Shown here: positions 38,967 to 48,775 of the stretch, in pieces
Position numbering within the stretch: position 1 is the stretch's first letter
Layout of the letters: every line of letters begins with the position of its first letter
Source of the DNA: Vicinamibacteria bacterium
GTDB lineage: Bacteria > Acidobacteriota > Vicinamibacteria > Marinacidobacterales > Marinacidobacteraceae
Assembly (NCBI GenBank): GCA_963668695.2
Contig: CAXXLQ010000004.1
Span: 3,232,001-3,296,000 of the forward strand
Direction of reading: 5' to 3'
Length of the DNA stretch: 64,000 nucleotides
Notes under the pieces: generated by a model
The model's input: only the letters and a program-made list of their open reading frames with translations
Told to the model about the DNA's origin: nothing
Databases searched by the model: none
Position numbers and translations under genes: made by a program

Positions 38967-40673
38967 TCAGGGCCTGAGGTCCAGAACCGGATCTTTCTCG
39001 CCCGTCAGCTCCCAGCGCACCAGGGTGATCGGGAGCACTCCCGCGGCGTAGAAGCGGTCGAAGAAGTCCTTCACGGTAAACGCGTCCCCCTCCATGAGCG
39101 CCACCTCGGCCAGGAGCGCCTCGATCTGGAGCTTGCCGACCACGTAGCTGGTCCCGTAGCCGGGCTGGCGCAGGTAGAGGTGCTGTTCGCCCCGCACCAG
39201 CGCTCCCTCGGTCAACCAGCCGCGCGGCGTCCAGCGCATCGCGTATTCCACCGCATCCTCCATGTCGAAGTCGCCGCCGTGGAGGTGGAGGCCGCTGAGG
39301 GCGCGGGCGGCGCGCTGGGCGAGCAGGATCCAGGTGAGTTCCCGCTCGCGCGGGGCGCCTTCGATCAGGCCCAGATGCATGAACATCTCCTCGACCCCGG
39401 TGGCGAGCCCCTCCGAGCGCACCGCGAAGATGTTGGAGAGCGAGGGCACCGCCCGGATGGGGCTCAGATGGGGCGCGTCCCGCATCGTCGCCAGTTCGAT
39501 CCAGTGGTGCATGTGGGGCCGGAAGGCGTCCGGGCCGCGGTAGTTGACCTCGCTGAAGAAGTTCCTGAGGTCGTCCGGGTTCTCGAGCGGCTGGAAGGTT
39601 CCGTTCACCGCCCGGAGCGCCGGATCCATGAAGTCCTCGATGCTCTGCACCTCCTCCCGCTCCAGAAACGCCAGGTAGTTGTCGACCGATTCGTTGAGGC
39701 GCCGGTCGAACTCCTCCGCCGATGCGATCCGCTCGAGTTCGGGGAGCGCCCGGTTCCGGTTCTCCTCGAGCCGGAGCGAGGAGTGCGAACGGGCCAGTTC
39801 CCGCTCGAGCAGCGTCACCGTCTCCTCCCACGACCAGGGCAGCAGGTGGACGTGGCGCATCAGCCAGGTGTAGTTGTCGGCGCCGACCCCGGAGGGTCCG
39901 GTCTTCCCGTCCGCTTCGGCCTCCAGAAAGGCGCGGAAGTCCTCGCTGGCGGCGTGGGCGGCCGCCACCGCGGCGTCGAGGTCCGCGCTCGTGCCGGCAA
40001 CCCGTTCACCGAAGGCCGTCAGATCGGCCGCCTGGTTCCGGAAGGCGCGGAGTCCCGCCAGCCAGAGATCCCGGGCGTTCGAGGCCGCCAGGTTTTCCTT
40101 CGCCTGCGCCAGGAGGCCGGGGATGGCCCCGATCCGCGCCGCCAGTTCACCGGCGTCGGTCGGGGACAGCGGGTAGTCGTAGGTCCACAGATCGATGAAT
40201 CCGTGGATCACCGCCCCCTCGTGGGCCGGGACGTCGCTCTGGGCGGCGAAGATCGTGACGTAGAAGGCCGGGTCCCGGGCCCACGGCCGCCGAACCCGGT
40301 GATCGAAGTCGAGCCCGTTCATCTCGGCGCGCACCAGCTGCCAGTCGATCTGCTCGGAAACCGGCCAACTCCCGGGAGCGAGGCCGTCCAGGCGGGCGCG
40401 CCAGTCGGGCAGTTCGGCGTGCTGGCGGGCCATGGCCTCCGCGCCGTAATCCGGGACGGCGTCCCGGAACTCGGGCGCTTCGAAGTCCCGCCACTCCCCG
40501 AAGAGGGCGACCAGGTCGGCGTGGGCGCCCGGCTCTGCCGCCGCAGGCGGCGGCTCGGCTCCGCACCCGGCGAGCGTCAGGCCGGCGGTCAGGGCGGCGG
40601 TCAGGGCGGCTCCCGGGGCGAGCAGCGGCAGCGGGGAAGAAAACGTGGATGACGGGGCGTACGGAGCGTTCAT
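38967..40673 (-). CDS. DUF885-family lipoprotein
   Basis: Lipobox LAGC; RSEGLATGVEE, QPGYGTSYVVGKLQI. Confidence 0.75.
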   Translation of the reverse strand: MNAPYAPSSTFSSPLPLLAPGAALTAALTAGLTLAGCGAEPPPAAAEPGAHADLVALFGEWRDFEAPEFRDAVPDYGAEAMARQHAELPDWRARLDGLAPGSWPVSEQIDWQLVRAEMNGLDFDHRVRRPWARDPAFYVTIFAAQSDVPAHEGAVIHGFIDLWTYDYPLSPTDAGELAARIGAIPGLLAQAKENLAASNARDLWLAGLRAFRNQAADLTAFGERVAGTSADLDAAVAAAHAASEDFRAFLEAEADGKTGPSGVGADNYTWLMRHVHLLPWSWEETVTLLERELARSHSSLRLEENRNRALPELERIASAEEFDRRLNESVDNYLAFLEREEVQSIEDFMDPALRAVNGTFQPLENPDDLRNFFSEVNYRGPDAFRPHMHHWIELATMRDAPHLSPIRAVPSLSNIFAVRSEGLATGVEEMFMHLGLIEGAPRERELTWILLAQRAARALSGLHLHGGDFDMEDAVEYAMRWTPRGWLTEGALVRGEQHLYLRQPGYGTSYVVGKLQIEALLAEVALMEGDAFTVKDFFDRFYAAGVLPITLVRWELTGEKDPVLDLRP

Positions 40674-40765
40674 GGCGGGCCTCCCACCAGGGTGTGGACA
40701 AGTTGGCGCGAGCGCCGAGGCCCTCACCGGGCGGTTGAACCCGCGATCGTACGCGCCCTTTGGGC

Positions 40766-40820
40766 CGCCGAAAAATGGCCGCCGGAAAACGGGCGCCGGA
40801 AAACGGGCGCCGGAAAACGG
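40766..40820. repeat. 14-bp tandem repeat x4 (CGCCGGAAAACGGG)
   Basis: Direct reading; 8 bp past the stop of the upstream gene. Confidence 0.85.
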
Positions 40821-40828
40821 TAGGACGA

Positions 40829-41971
40829 CTACCGGAGCGAGGACAGCAGGCGCAGGAAGCGCTCGATGTCCTCACGGTTGTGGTAGTGCCCGATCGACAC
40901 CCGTACCACGCCGTCTTCCGGGTTCACGCCGAGCGCCTCGAGGGTGGCCGCCGATCCGAGATCTCCGACGCCCACCTGGACTCCGGCGTCCCGGATCGCG
41001 GAACCCAGTTCCCGGGCGCCGCCTCCGTCCACGGTGAAGCTGAAGGTGGGGATCCGGTAGGCCGCCCGCCGCGGGTCGTCCTCGCCGAGCAGCGAAATCC
41101 CCTTGATGCGCGACAGGCCCCGGAGCATGAGACGGCTGAGGATGCGCTCTTCCTGACGAATGCTCTGCATTCCCTTCCGCATCGGTTCCCGCCGTCCATA
41201 GCGCTCGGAGGGAGGGGCCACGAGGGCGTTCGGCGCGTCGCCGAGCCGCTCCGCGTAGGACACCGCCCGCGCCAGCCCCGCCAGGATGTTCGGCGAAACG
41301 GCGCCGTTCGTGGATTCCTCCGCCACCGAACCCAACTCGCGAGCCCAGAGCGTCGCGCCGCGGGCTCCGAACAGTTCGTCGCCGTTCGCGATGACCGCGT
41401 CGCAGCGGAGATTCCGGATGTCGAGCGAACCGTGGGCCACGAAGTGGCTCGCCTCGGTGACGAGCACCGCATCCGTCCCCGCGAGGAGTTGCGTTACCGG
41501 GATGACCTCGTTGAGCGAGCCGGTCACCGGACACGCCTTGGTGAGCAGCACCAGCCGGGTCCGTTCGTCGAGCAGCGCCTCGAGGTCGCGAACCAGAACC
41601 CGCCCGAGGCGGCGCGGCCGCCAGTCGGACACCTCGACGCCGTCCGGGAGCGCGCTTCGCCAGACCGCCCCGCGATCGTCCGGCTCCGAGGCGGAGAGCA
41701 CCACCTTGTCACCCTCCCGCAGTCCGACGCTCGCAACCAGCCGCCGCACCAGCGTCTCGTAGGTCTCTCCGACGGCGATCTGATCTTCCGCCCAGTCCGC
41801 GTTCGAGTTCCAAAACCACGCCAGATCGGACCGCAGGTTCGCTTCCGCCGACGCATCGGCGCCCACCGGCCGCGGCCGCAGGGCGCGAGGCGCACCCATG
41901 GTGTCGAAATCAAGGCGATCGCCCCCGGGCGGGATGAACGATTCGGCGACGACTGAGAGAGGTAGATGCAT
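40829..41971 (-). CDS. Aminotransferase class V / cysteine desulfurase-like fold protein, apparently lacking the PLP lysine
   Basis: LLDERTRLV, CPVTGSLN, HFVAHGSLDI, RIPTFSF, GVVRVSIGHYHNREDIERF. Confidence 0.7.
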   Translation of the reverse strand: MHLPLSVVAESFIPPGGDRLDFDTMGAPRALRPRPVGADASAEANLRSDLAWFWNSNADWAEDQIAVGETYETLVRRLVASVGLREGDKVVLSASEPDDRGAVWRSALPDGVEVSDWRPRRLGRVLVRDLEALLDERTRLVLLTKACPVTGSLNEVIPVTQLLAGTDAVLVTEASHFVAHGSLDIRNLRCDAVIANGDELFGARGATLWARELGSVAEESTNGAVSPNILAGLARAVSYAERLGDAPNALVAPPSERYGRREPMRKGMQSIRQEERILSRLMLRGLSRIKGISLLGEDDPRRAAYRIPTFSFTVDGGGARELGSAIRDAGVQVGVGDLGSAATLEALGVNPEDGVVRVSIGHYHNREDIERFLRLLSSLR

Positions 41972-42050
41972 GGGCGGAAACGAGTTCTCCCGGGGACGGA
42001 TGCGGGATCCCGCTTAGGATACGCGCCGAGAGCGATTTACGAGAGATCCG

Positions 42051-42983
42051 ATGCCGCAGTTCCCCGAGTTTCCCGGCGCCCGGGCCGTGCTCTCGGTCCG
42101 GACCGGGAGTCGCGGCGTCGTGCGCGTCACCGGGGGGGACCGGATGGCGTTCCTCACCCGCATCATGTCGGGCCAACTTCCCCCCGCCCCCGGTGCGGCT
42201 CCCACCGCGCTGCTGGGCCCGAAGGGCAACGTCATCGCCGCCGCGGTGGCGACGGTGACCAGCGAAGCCGTGTTCCTCGAGTGCGAAGCGAGCCGGGAAC
42301 ACGCGCTGCTGGTCGCGCTCGACCGGTACCGGATCAGCGACGACGTGGACCTCTCCCTCGCTGACCGCAGCGACTTTGAAATCGTGTGCACCGACGCCGC
42401 CCCGACGCCGGAGAAACCGGATCTCGCCTCGCCGGGATGGGTCCTCGAAACCGCCGTCGGATTCATGCGCCGGGATTTCCGGCCGTGGTCGGCCACCACC
42501 ATCTTTCATCTCGGCATCCGGACCGGGGACCGGGTTCCGTTCCGCGATCTGATGCTCGCCGAGGGGGAGTCGGTTGAGGCGTCGCCGGAAGAGCAGGAAT
42601 ACCTCCGGATCCTCGCCGGCGAGCCGCGCTGGGAGGCCGAGCTCCACGAGCGTTCCCTGCCCCTCCAGAGTGGTCTCTCGGCCCACGTCCGCCTCGGCAG
42701 GGGCTGTTACATCGGCCAGGAGTACGTGGCGCGCCAAGCGCATCGGGGCCGCATCCCGCGGCTCCTCCGCCGCCTGGACTTCGAGGACGGAGGAGTCCCC
42801 GAAACGGATGCGGTGGTCCTCTTCGAGGGGGCTTCCGCGGGTCGGATCAAAAGCGCCGCCGGCCGGCCGGCCGACTGGCGGGGTCCGGCCGGCGTCGCCC
42901 TCGCCGTCGTGTCTGCCAACGTGCCCCCCGGCGCCGCCGTGGAGGTCCTTCGCGGCCTGACCGCCACCATCGCAGAGGTCTAG
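42051..42983 (+). CDS. ygfZ: YgfZ/GcvT-like folate-binding protein
   Basis: RVTGGDRMAFL, RGCYIGQEYVAR signature. Confidence 0.85.
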   Translation: MPQFPEFPGARAVLSVRTGSRGVVRVTGGDRMAFLTRIMSGQLPPAPGAAPTALLGPKGNVIAAAVATVTSEAVFLECEASREHALLVALDRYRISDDVDLSLADRSDFEIVCTDAAPTPEKPDLASPGWVLETAVGFMRRDFRPWSATTIFHLGIRTGDRVPFRDLMLAEGESVEASPEEQEYLRILAGEPRWEAELHERSLPLQSGLSAHVRLGRGCYIGQEYVARQAHRGRIPRLLRRLDFEDGGVPETDAVVLFEGASAGRIKSAAGRPADWRGPAGVALAVVSANVPPGAAVEVLRGLTATIAEV

Positions 42984-43121
42984 CTCCGCCAGGGAACGCC
43001 GGTCTTTAGACCGGCACGGCGGCGCGCAGCGCCGCCAAATCGCGTACCGCCCCTCGCCCGGACGACGCGCGACAGCGGGCCCCCACCGGGAGAACTGGCC
43101 TCCGGCCGGCATCGCGCCCCG

Positions 43122-44744
43122 AGAGGCGGGCGAAACGTTCCGTCAGGCTTGCCCTCGCCCCCTCCAGGAAGGGAGGGGCAGCCCGCGGTCCAGATCGCCG
43201 CCCACTGCGAGGAGAATCAGTTAGCGGGAACACCCGTCCATCGGGCGGGGAGCTTCTGGACGAGCTTTTGGCGGGGGAGGACCCGCGTGAGGCGTTTCGG
43301 AGCGGGGAGTTGTTTGCGGATCTCCAGAAGTCCCTGGCGGAGCGGGCGCTGGGCGCGGAGATGGAGGCGCACTTGTCGAGCGAGGAGGAGGCGGGTTCTG
43401 GGAACCACCGGAACGGTCACAACCGGAAGCGGGTTTTGACGGGGACGGGTTCGGTGGAGTTGGCGGTTCCGCGGGACCGAGAGGGCCGCTTCGAGCCGCA
43501 GTTGATCGAGAAGTGGGCACGGCGGCTTCCGGGGTTCGACGAGAAGGTGATTTCGCTGTATGCGCGGGGGATGACGACGCGGGAGATCCGGGCGCAGGTG
43601 GAGGAGTTGTATGGGGTTACGGTGTCTCGGGAGTTGATCTCGAAGGTGACGGACGAGATTCATGAGGAGCTGCGGGAGTGGCGTTCACGGCCGCTGGAGG
43701 CGGTGTATCCGCTGGTGTATTTCGACGCGTTGCGGGTGAAGATCCGCGAGGAGGGGGTGGTTCAGAACAAGGCGGTTCATCTGGCGATCGGGATTACGGC
43801 GCTGGGGCGGAAGGAGATTTTGGGGATGTGGACGGCGGCGAACGAGGGGGCGAAGTTCTGGTTGGGGGTGATGAACGAGTTGAAGGCGCGGGGCGTTCGG
43901 GATGTGTTGATCGCGGTGGTGGACGGGCTGAAGGGGTTCCCGGAGGCGATTGAGGCGGCGTTTCCGGAGGCGATGGTGCAGACGTGCCTGGTGCACCTGA
44001 TCCGGTATTCGCTGGCGCACGCCTCCTGGAAGGAGCGGAAGGAGTTGGCGGGGGCGCTGCGTCCGATCTACCAGGCGGACACGGTGGAGGAAGCGGAGGA
44101 GGCGCTGGACGGGTTCGAGGCGGGTTCCTGGGGTCGGAAGTTCCCGGCGATCGTGCGGAGCTGGCGGCGGAACTGGGCGCAGGTGATCCCGTTCTTCGCG
44201 TTTTCGAAGCCGATCCGGCGGGTGATCTACACGACGAACGCGATCGAGAGCCTGAACAGCACGGTGCGGCGTGCGGTGCGGACGCGGGGCCACTTTCCGA
44301 ACGACCGGGCGGCGGCGAAGCTGATCTACCTGACGCTGCGGAAGATCGAGCGGAAGTGGCAGCGGCCGCAGACGTTCTGGCCGCAGGCGCGCGCCGAGTT
44401 CGCGATCCTGTTCGGCGACCGGTTCCCGGTGGAGGCCTTGTGAGCCCGCCCCGCGCCGCCCCCCACAGAGCGGCCGCCGGCCGGCCTCGCGGCCTCCGGC
44501 TGATTGCCGTAGGCGCCGCCTCGAGCCCGTGGAAAGCGCCGTCCTGGGGAAATCGCGGCGCCCGTGGCGACCGGATCGCGTGGACCGCTTCGTCCGGAGC
44601 GATTCCCCCAGGACTTGGAAAACGCTGGCGCGTTTCCCACTCTTCCCACCGGCTCACCTCGAAGCCGGTCAACCAATCCCGGGAAGCCAAAACCAACGCA
44701 GTTTCCAAAGTCTCCGTCCTACACACGGAATTCCTGACAGTCCC
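43122..44744 (+). mobile_element. IS256-family insertion sequence (left end degenerate, boundary approximate)
   Basis: Transposase plus an IS256-like right end CTACACACGGAATTCCTGACAGTCCC (to 44744); no clean left IR or target duplication seen. Confidence 0.75.
43268..44443 (+). CDS. IS256-family DDE transposase
   Basis: RNGH, VPRDREGRFEP, YFDALRVK, VDGLKGF, QTCLVH, YTTNAIESLN; extreme 5' end appears frameshifted. Confidence 0.93.
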   Translation: MAGEDPREAFRSGELFADLQKSLAERALGAEMEAHLSSEEEAGSGNHRNGHNRKRVLTGTGSVELAVPRDREGRFEPQLIEKWARRLPGFDEKVISLYARGMTTREIRAQVEELYGVTVSRELISKVTDEIHEELREWRSRPLEAVYPLVYFDALRVKIREEGVVQNKAVHLAIGITALGRKEILGMWTAANEGAKFWLGVMNELKARGVRDVLIAVVDGLKGFPEAIEAAFPEAMVQTCLVHLIRYSLAHASWKERKELAGALRPIYQADTVEEAEEALDGFEAGSWGRKFPAIVRSWRRNWAQVIPFFAFSKPIRRVIYTTNAIESLNSTVRRAVRTRGHFPNDRAAAKLIYLTLRKIERKWQRPQTFWPQARAEFAILFGDRFPVEAL

Positions 44745-44754
44745 CCACCCCCTC

Positions 44755-46101
44755 CAGCGTGGAGTTCCCGCCAGCAGACCCCGCACAGCGTGGAGTTCCA
44801 CCCCTCCAGCGTGGAGTTCCCGCCAGCAGACCCCGCTACAGCGTGGAGTTCCACCTCCTCCAGCGTGGAGTTCCCGCCAGCAGACCCCGCTACAGCGTGG
44901 AGTTCCGCGGCTACAGCGTGGAGTTCCCGCCAGCAGACCCCGCACAGCGTGGAGTTCCGCGCAGCGTGGAGTTCCCGCCAGCAGACCCCGCTTCAGCGTG
45001 GAGTTCGCCAGCAGACCCCGCTACAGCGTGGAGTTCCGCGCCTACAGCGTGGAGTTCCCGCCAGCAGACCCCGCCCAGCGTGGAGTTCCGCGGCCTCAGC
45101 GTGGAGTTCCCGCCAGCAGACCCCGCTACAGCGTGGAGTTCCGCGGCTACAGCGTGGAGTTCCCGCCAACAGACCCCGCTACAGCGTGGAGTTCCCACCA
45201 GCAGACCCCGCCAGCGTGGAGTTCCGCGGCTACAGCGTGGACCCCACAGCGTGGAGTTCCGCGGCTACAGCGTGGAGTTCCCCAGCAGACCCCGCCACAG
45301 CGTGGAGTTCCGCGGCTCCAGCGTGGAGTTCCCGCCAGCAGACCCCGCCACAGCGTGGAGTCCCGCGGCTACAGCGTGGAGTTCCCACCAGCAGACCCCG
45401 CCACAGCGTGGAGTCCCGCGGCTACAGCGTGGAGTTCCCACCAACAGACCCCGCCAGCGTGGAGTCCCGCGGCCACAGCGTGGAGTTCCCACCCAGACCC
45501 CGCTACAGCGTGGAGTTCCGCGGCTACAGCGTGGAGTTCCCGCCAACAGACCCCGCTACAGCGTGGAGTTCCGCGGCTACAGCGTGGAGTTCACGCCAGC
45601 ACCCCGCGGCTACAGCCCGCGGCTACAGCGTGGAGTTCCGCCAGCAGACCAGCGCTACAGCGTGGAGTTCCCGCCAGCAGACCCCGCCACAGCGTGGAGT
45701 TCCGCGGCTACAGCGTGGAGTTCACGCCAACAGACCCCGCCACAGCGTGGAGTCCCGCGGCTACAGCGTGGAGTTCCCGCCAGCAGACCCCGCCACAGCG
45801 TGGAGTTCCGCGGCTACAGCGTGGAGTTCACGCCAGCAGACCCCGCCACAGCGTGGAGTTCCGCGGCTACAGCGTGGAGTTCACGCCAACAGACCCCGCT
45901 ACAGCGTGGAGTTGCCCCCGCCGGACCCCCTCCAGCGTGGAGTTCCGCCGCTACAGCGTGGAGTTCCGCGGCTCCAGCGTGGAGTTCCCGCCAACAGATC
46001 CCGCTACAGCGTGGAGTGCGCGGCTTCAGCGTGGAGTTCCCACCAGCAGACCCGCTACAGCGTGGAGTTCCCCCGCCGGACCCCCTCCAGCGTGGAGTCC
46101 C
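44755..46101. repeat. Composite satellite, ~51 copies of CAGCGTGGAGTTCC in alternating ~32-bp and ~21-bp units
   Basis: Unit A CAGCGTGGAGTTCCCGCCAGCAGACCCCGCTA; unit B CAGCGTGGAGTTCCGCGGCTA; counted by eye. Confidence 0.95.
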
Positions 46102-46187
46102 CGTTAACGCACTCCGCTGGTGCGTTGAGTTCGCCCCGCCGAACGCGCCGAACGGCGGAGCCGTCACGTTTGCTTCGATCGGCGCTG

Positions 46188-46214
46188 TGCACCATAATGG
46201 TGCATCATGGTGCA
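46188..46214. promoter_or_regulatory. Palindromic operator TGCACCAT-A-ATGGTGCA plus a third half-site over the RHH start codon
   Basis: Perfect 8-bp inverted repeat 46188-46204; ATGGTGCA again at 46207-46214. Confidence 0.6.
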
Positions 46215-46443
46215 AACAGGCCGGCCCGCCGGCGAGCAGGCGACACCTCCGCCGGCGCCCAAACCGCGCGTCTCGGTCTCCTTCGAACCGGCGGACTACG
46301 ACGAGCTCGTCAGGATCGCCGCCGAAAAGCGCGTCTCCCTCGCTTGGGTGGTCCGGGACGCGGTAGCGGCCTACATCTTCCGCCGGGGCCCCCTCTTCCG
46401 GCAGCCCCCGCACGCCCGGCCCGCCCGGAGAACCCCGGAATGA
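46207..46443 (+). CDS. CopG/ribbon-helix-helix transcriptional regulator
   Basis: RVSVSF beta-ribbon, then YDELVRIAAEKRVSLAWVVRDAVAAY. Confidence 0.8.
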   Translation: MVQTGRPAGEQATPPPAPKPRVSVSFEPADYDELVRIAAEKRVSLAWVVRDAVAAYIFRRGPLFRQPPHARPARRTPE

Positions 46444-46510
46444 GCCTCGCCGCGCCCGCCCGATTCCAGCCTCTCCGGGGTGTCAGGTTCTGGCGTGCCG
46501 GGCCCGGAGA

Positions 46511-47728
46511 ATGGGCCTCATGATCATCACGACCCTTCTTCTCTCGCTGCTCGGGGCCGGCTTGGTCGCCGCGACCTTCTACTTCGTGGGAGTCCGGGCG
46601 GGCGAGCGGCTCGGCCGCGACCAGACCCGCGCGGACCTCGACGCCATCGCCCGCGCCGCCGCCGCCGAAAGCAACCAGCAGGCGCGTGAGGCCTACGAAC
46701 ACGCCACCGGTCAGGCCGTGAAGCAACTGGAGGCCGCCGTCCGCTCCGACCGCGAGCTCGGTCAGGAACAGTTCGCGAAGACGGCGGCCCCGATCCGCGA
46801 GTCGCTCCGCAGCGTGGCGGAACTCGCCCGGGAGCTGGAGAACAAGCGGGCCGCGGATCACGGCGCGTTGCACCAGCTCACCGAGCGCCTGTCCAGCCAG
46901 GTGGAAACCGTCCAGGACAGCAGCCGTTCACTCCGCGACGCGCTGAAGGGGGACCGTCAGGCTCGCGGCCGGTGGGGCGAAATCCAGCTCGAGAACCTCG
47001 TCGAATCGGTCGGGCTCACGCCGCACTGCGATTTCGAAACGCAGACGGGATGGAACGGCTCGCGGCCCGATCTGGTCCTTCGCCTCCCGAACGGATCGTT
47101 CCTCCCGGTGGATTCCAAGGTTCCCCTGGACGACTACCTCGCCGCGACCGAGATGTCCGCGGTAGACGAACAGACCATCGCCCTCCGGAAACACGCGAAG
47201 GCGGTGAAGGCTCACGCCGACGCGCTCGGCAAGCGCGACTACCCGGCGAAGGTCGGGGACGGCCCGCCGTTCACCGTGATGTTCCTGCCCATCGAATCCT
47301 TGCTCTCGGAGGCCATCCGGCACGAACCCGATCTCCTGCAGTTCGCGGCCGATCGCAGAGTGGTGCTCGCCACCCCGCACACGCTCCTCGGCCTGCTCTG
47401 GAGCGTTGCCGCGATGTGGAGGAACGAAACCAGCACCCGGAACGCCGAGGAGATGCGGAAAGCCGGCCTCGAACTCGAAAAGCGTCTCAACATCTTCCTG
47501 GGTCACTTCGCCGACGTCGGGAGTCAGCTCGCCAAGACGACCGCCGTCTACAACGCCGCCGCGGGCTCGGCCGAGTCCCGTCTTACGCCGCACCTCCGGA
47601 AACTCCGCGAACTGGGAGGCCAGCCCGAGGAGACCCCGGAGGACAAGCTGCCGAAGCCCGTGGAGCTGGCGCCCCGCAGGCTCTTCGGGGACCACGTGGA
47701 CGTGGCCACCGGGCGGGAACTGTTGTAG
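46511..47728 (+). CDS. rmuC: RmuC-family DNA recombination protein
   Basis: N-terminal TM helix, RGRWGEIQL, RPDLVLRLP, VDSKVPL, VMFLPIE, LATPHTL. Confidence 0.9.
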   Translation: MGLMIITTLLLSLLGAGLVAATFYFVGVRAGERLGRDQTRADLDAIARAAAAESNQQAREAYEHATGQAVKQLEAAVRSDRELGQEQFAKTAAPIRESLRSVAELARELENKRAADHGALHQLTERLSSQVETVQDSSRSLRDALKGDRQARGRWGEIQLENLVESVGLTPHCDFETQTGWNGSRPDLVLRLPNGSFLPVDSKVPLDDYLAATEMSAVDEQTIALRKHAKAVKAHADALGKRDYPAKVGDGPPFTVMFLPIESLLSEAIRHEPDLLQFAADRRVVLATPHTLLGLLWSVAAMWRNETSTRNAEEMRKAGLELEKRLNIFLGHFADVGSQLAKTTAVYNAAAGSAESRLTPHLRKLRELGGQPEETPEDKLPKPVELAPRRLFGDHVDVATGRELL

Positions 47729-48109
47729 GGGAGCTGCAGGGATCTGGGTCGAGGAGGCGGCGGGCCGGGACGGTGCGCCGTCGATCTGTTTCGTGGCCCG
47801 CATGTACCACGAAACGCCGCGGGGCTGCCGCGCCCGCACGTAGGAGACCCGCCTGGATTCCCCCTTCCCTCAGGGGTGGCAGGTTCTGGCGCATCCGGCC
47901 GCCATCATGCCCTCATGACGGTCATCGCACTCCTTCTGGCCCTGCTGGCGGCCGCCGTGGTCCCCGGCGGCTTCTACGTGGCGAGCCTGGCTCTCGCTGG
48001 GGGACCGCCGGGCGAAGAACCGGGAGGCGGCCCCTTCCCCGCATGCCGGTGCCTTGCTCCGTGCAGATGTCGGCGGGACGGCTGGAAGCCTGAGATGGCG
48101 CGCTGAGCT

Positions 48110-48775
48110 ATGCGCATCGCTCCCCGGGAAGCTCAGGAGTTGGCGCCTGCGCAACCGAACGTCGAATTTGCGGCCGTGGACGTCGAAACTGCGAATTCCG
48201 ATCCGGCCAGCATCTGTCAAATCGGGATCGCGACGGTGGAATCAGGCCGGATCAGCCACGTGTGGACTCGACTCATTCGACCTCGCGGCCGCTTCGAGCG
48301 CCGCCACGTCGAGATCCACGGGATCACGAGAGATGCGGTGGCGACCGCCCCGGCGTTCGCGGAAATCCACGGCGAGATCGCCCGCCGACTTCCGCGCTTC
48401 GTGGTGACGCATACCCGGTTTGATGTCGCGGCCCTGACCCAGGAATGCCGTCGCGGTCGTTTGCCGGTCTTTGAGCGGGTCTGGCTCGACAGCTCCTTGT
48501 TACCGAACCGGGCGTGGCCGGGGCGTTTCCCGCGCGGCTCGCGCGGTTTGGCTGCAATCGCCGCCCGACTCGGGATCGAGTTTCGGCACCACGACGCCGG
48601 CGAGGACGCCCGGGCGGCGGCCGGGATCACGTTGCTCTCTCTGGCCGCCGGAGGTTTCAGGTTGGAGGATTTGGTTGGGACCAGAGGCCCCCTGCCGGAG
48701 CTGAACGGTCGCACCGGCGGTCGGAGGACCCGCGCCAGCCGCCATCGCCGTATGTGCGGGGAAACCGCCAGCTGA
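48110..48775 (+). CDS. DEDDh 3'-5' exonuclease (DnaQ-like)
   Basis: AVDVETAN, EIHGIT, THTRFD, WLDS, HHDAGEDA. Confidence 0.88.
   Translation: MRIAPREAQELAPAQPNVEFAAVDVETANSDPASICQIGIATVESGRISHVWTRLIRPRGRFERRHVEIHGITRDAVATAPAFAEIHGEIARRLPRFVVTHTRFDVAALTQECRRGRLPVFERVWLDSSLLPNRAWPGRFPRGSRGLAAIAARLGIEFRHHDAGEDARAAAGITLLSLAAGGFRLEDLVGTRGPLPELNGRTGGRRTRASRHRRMCGETAS

Noticed and set aside
44755-46101. Satellite as a second CRISPR array
   Set aside because: Inter-repeat segments are two recurring linkers, not unique spacers, and the core is only 14 bp and non-palindromic
43984-46523. Long ORFs (707, 664, 535 aa) across the satellite
   Set aside because: The motif lacks stops in all three + frames and the 53-bp period cycles through frames; translations are the same low-complexity mosaic
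47876-48106. Small hydrophobic, Cys-containing ORF between rmuC and the exonuclease
   Set aside because: No clear RBS or recognisable family; cannot be supported from sequence alone
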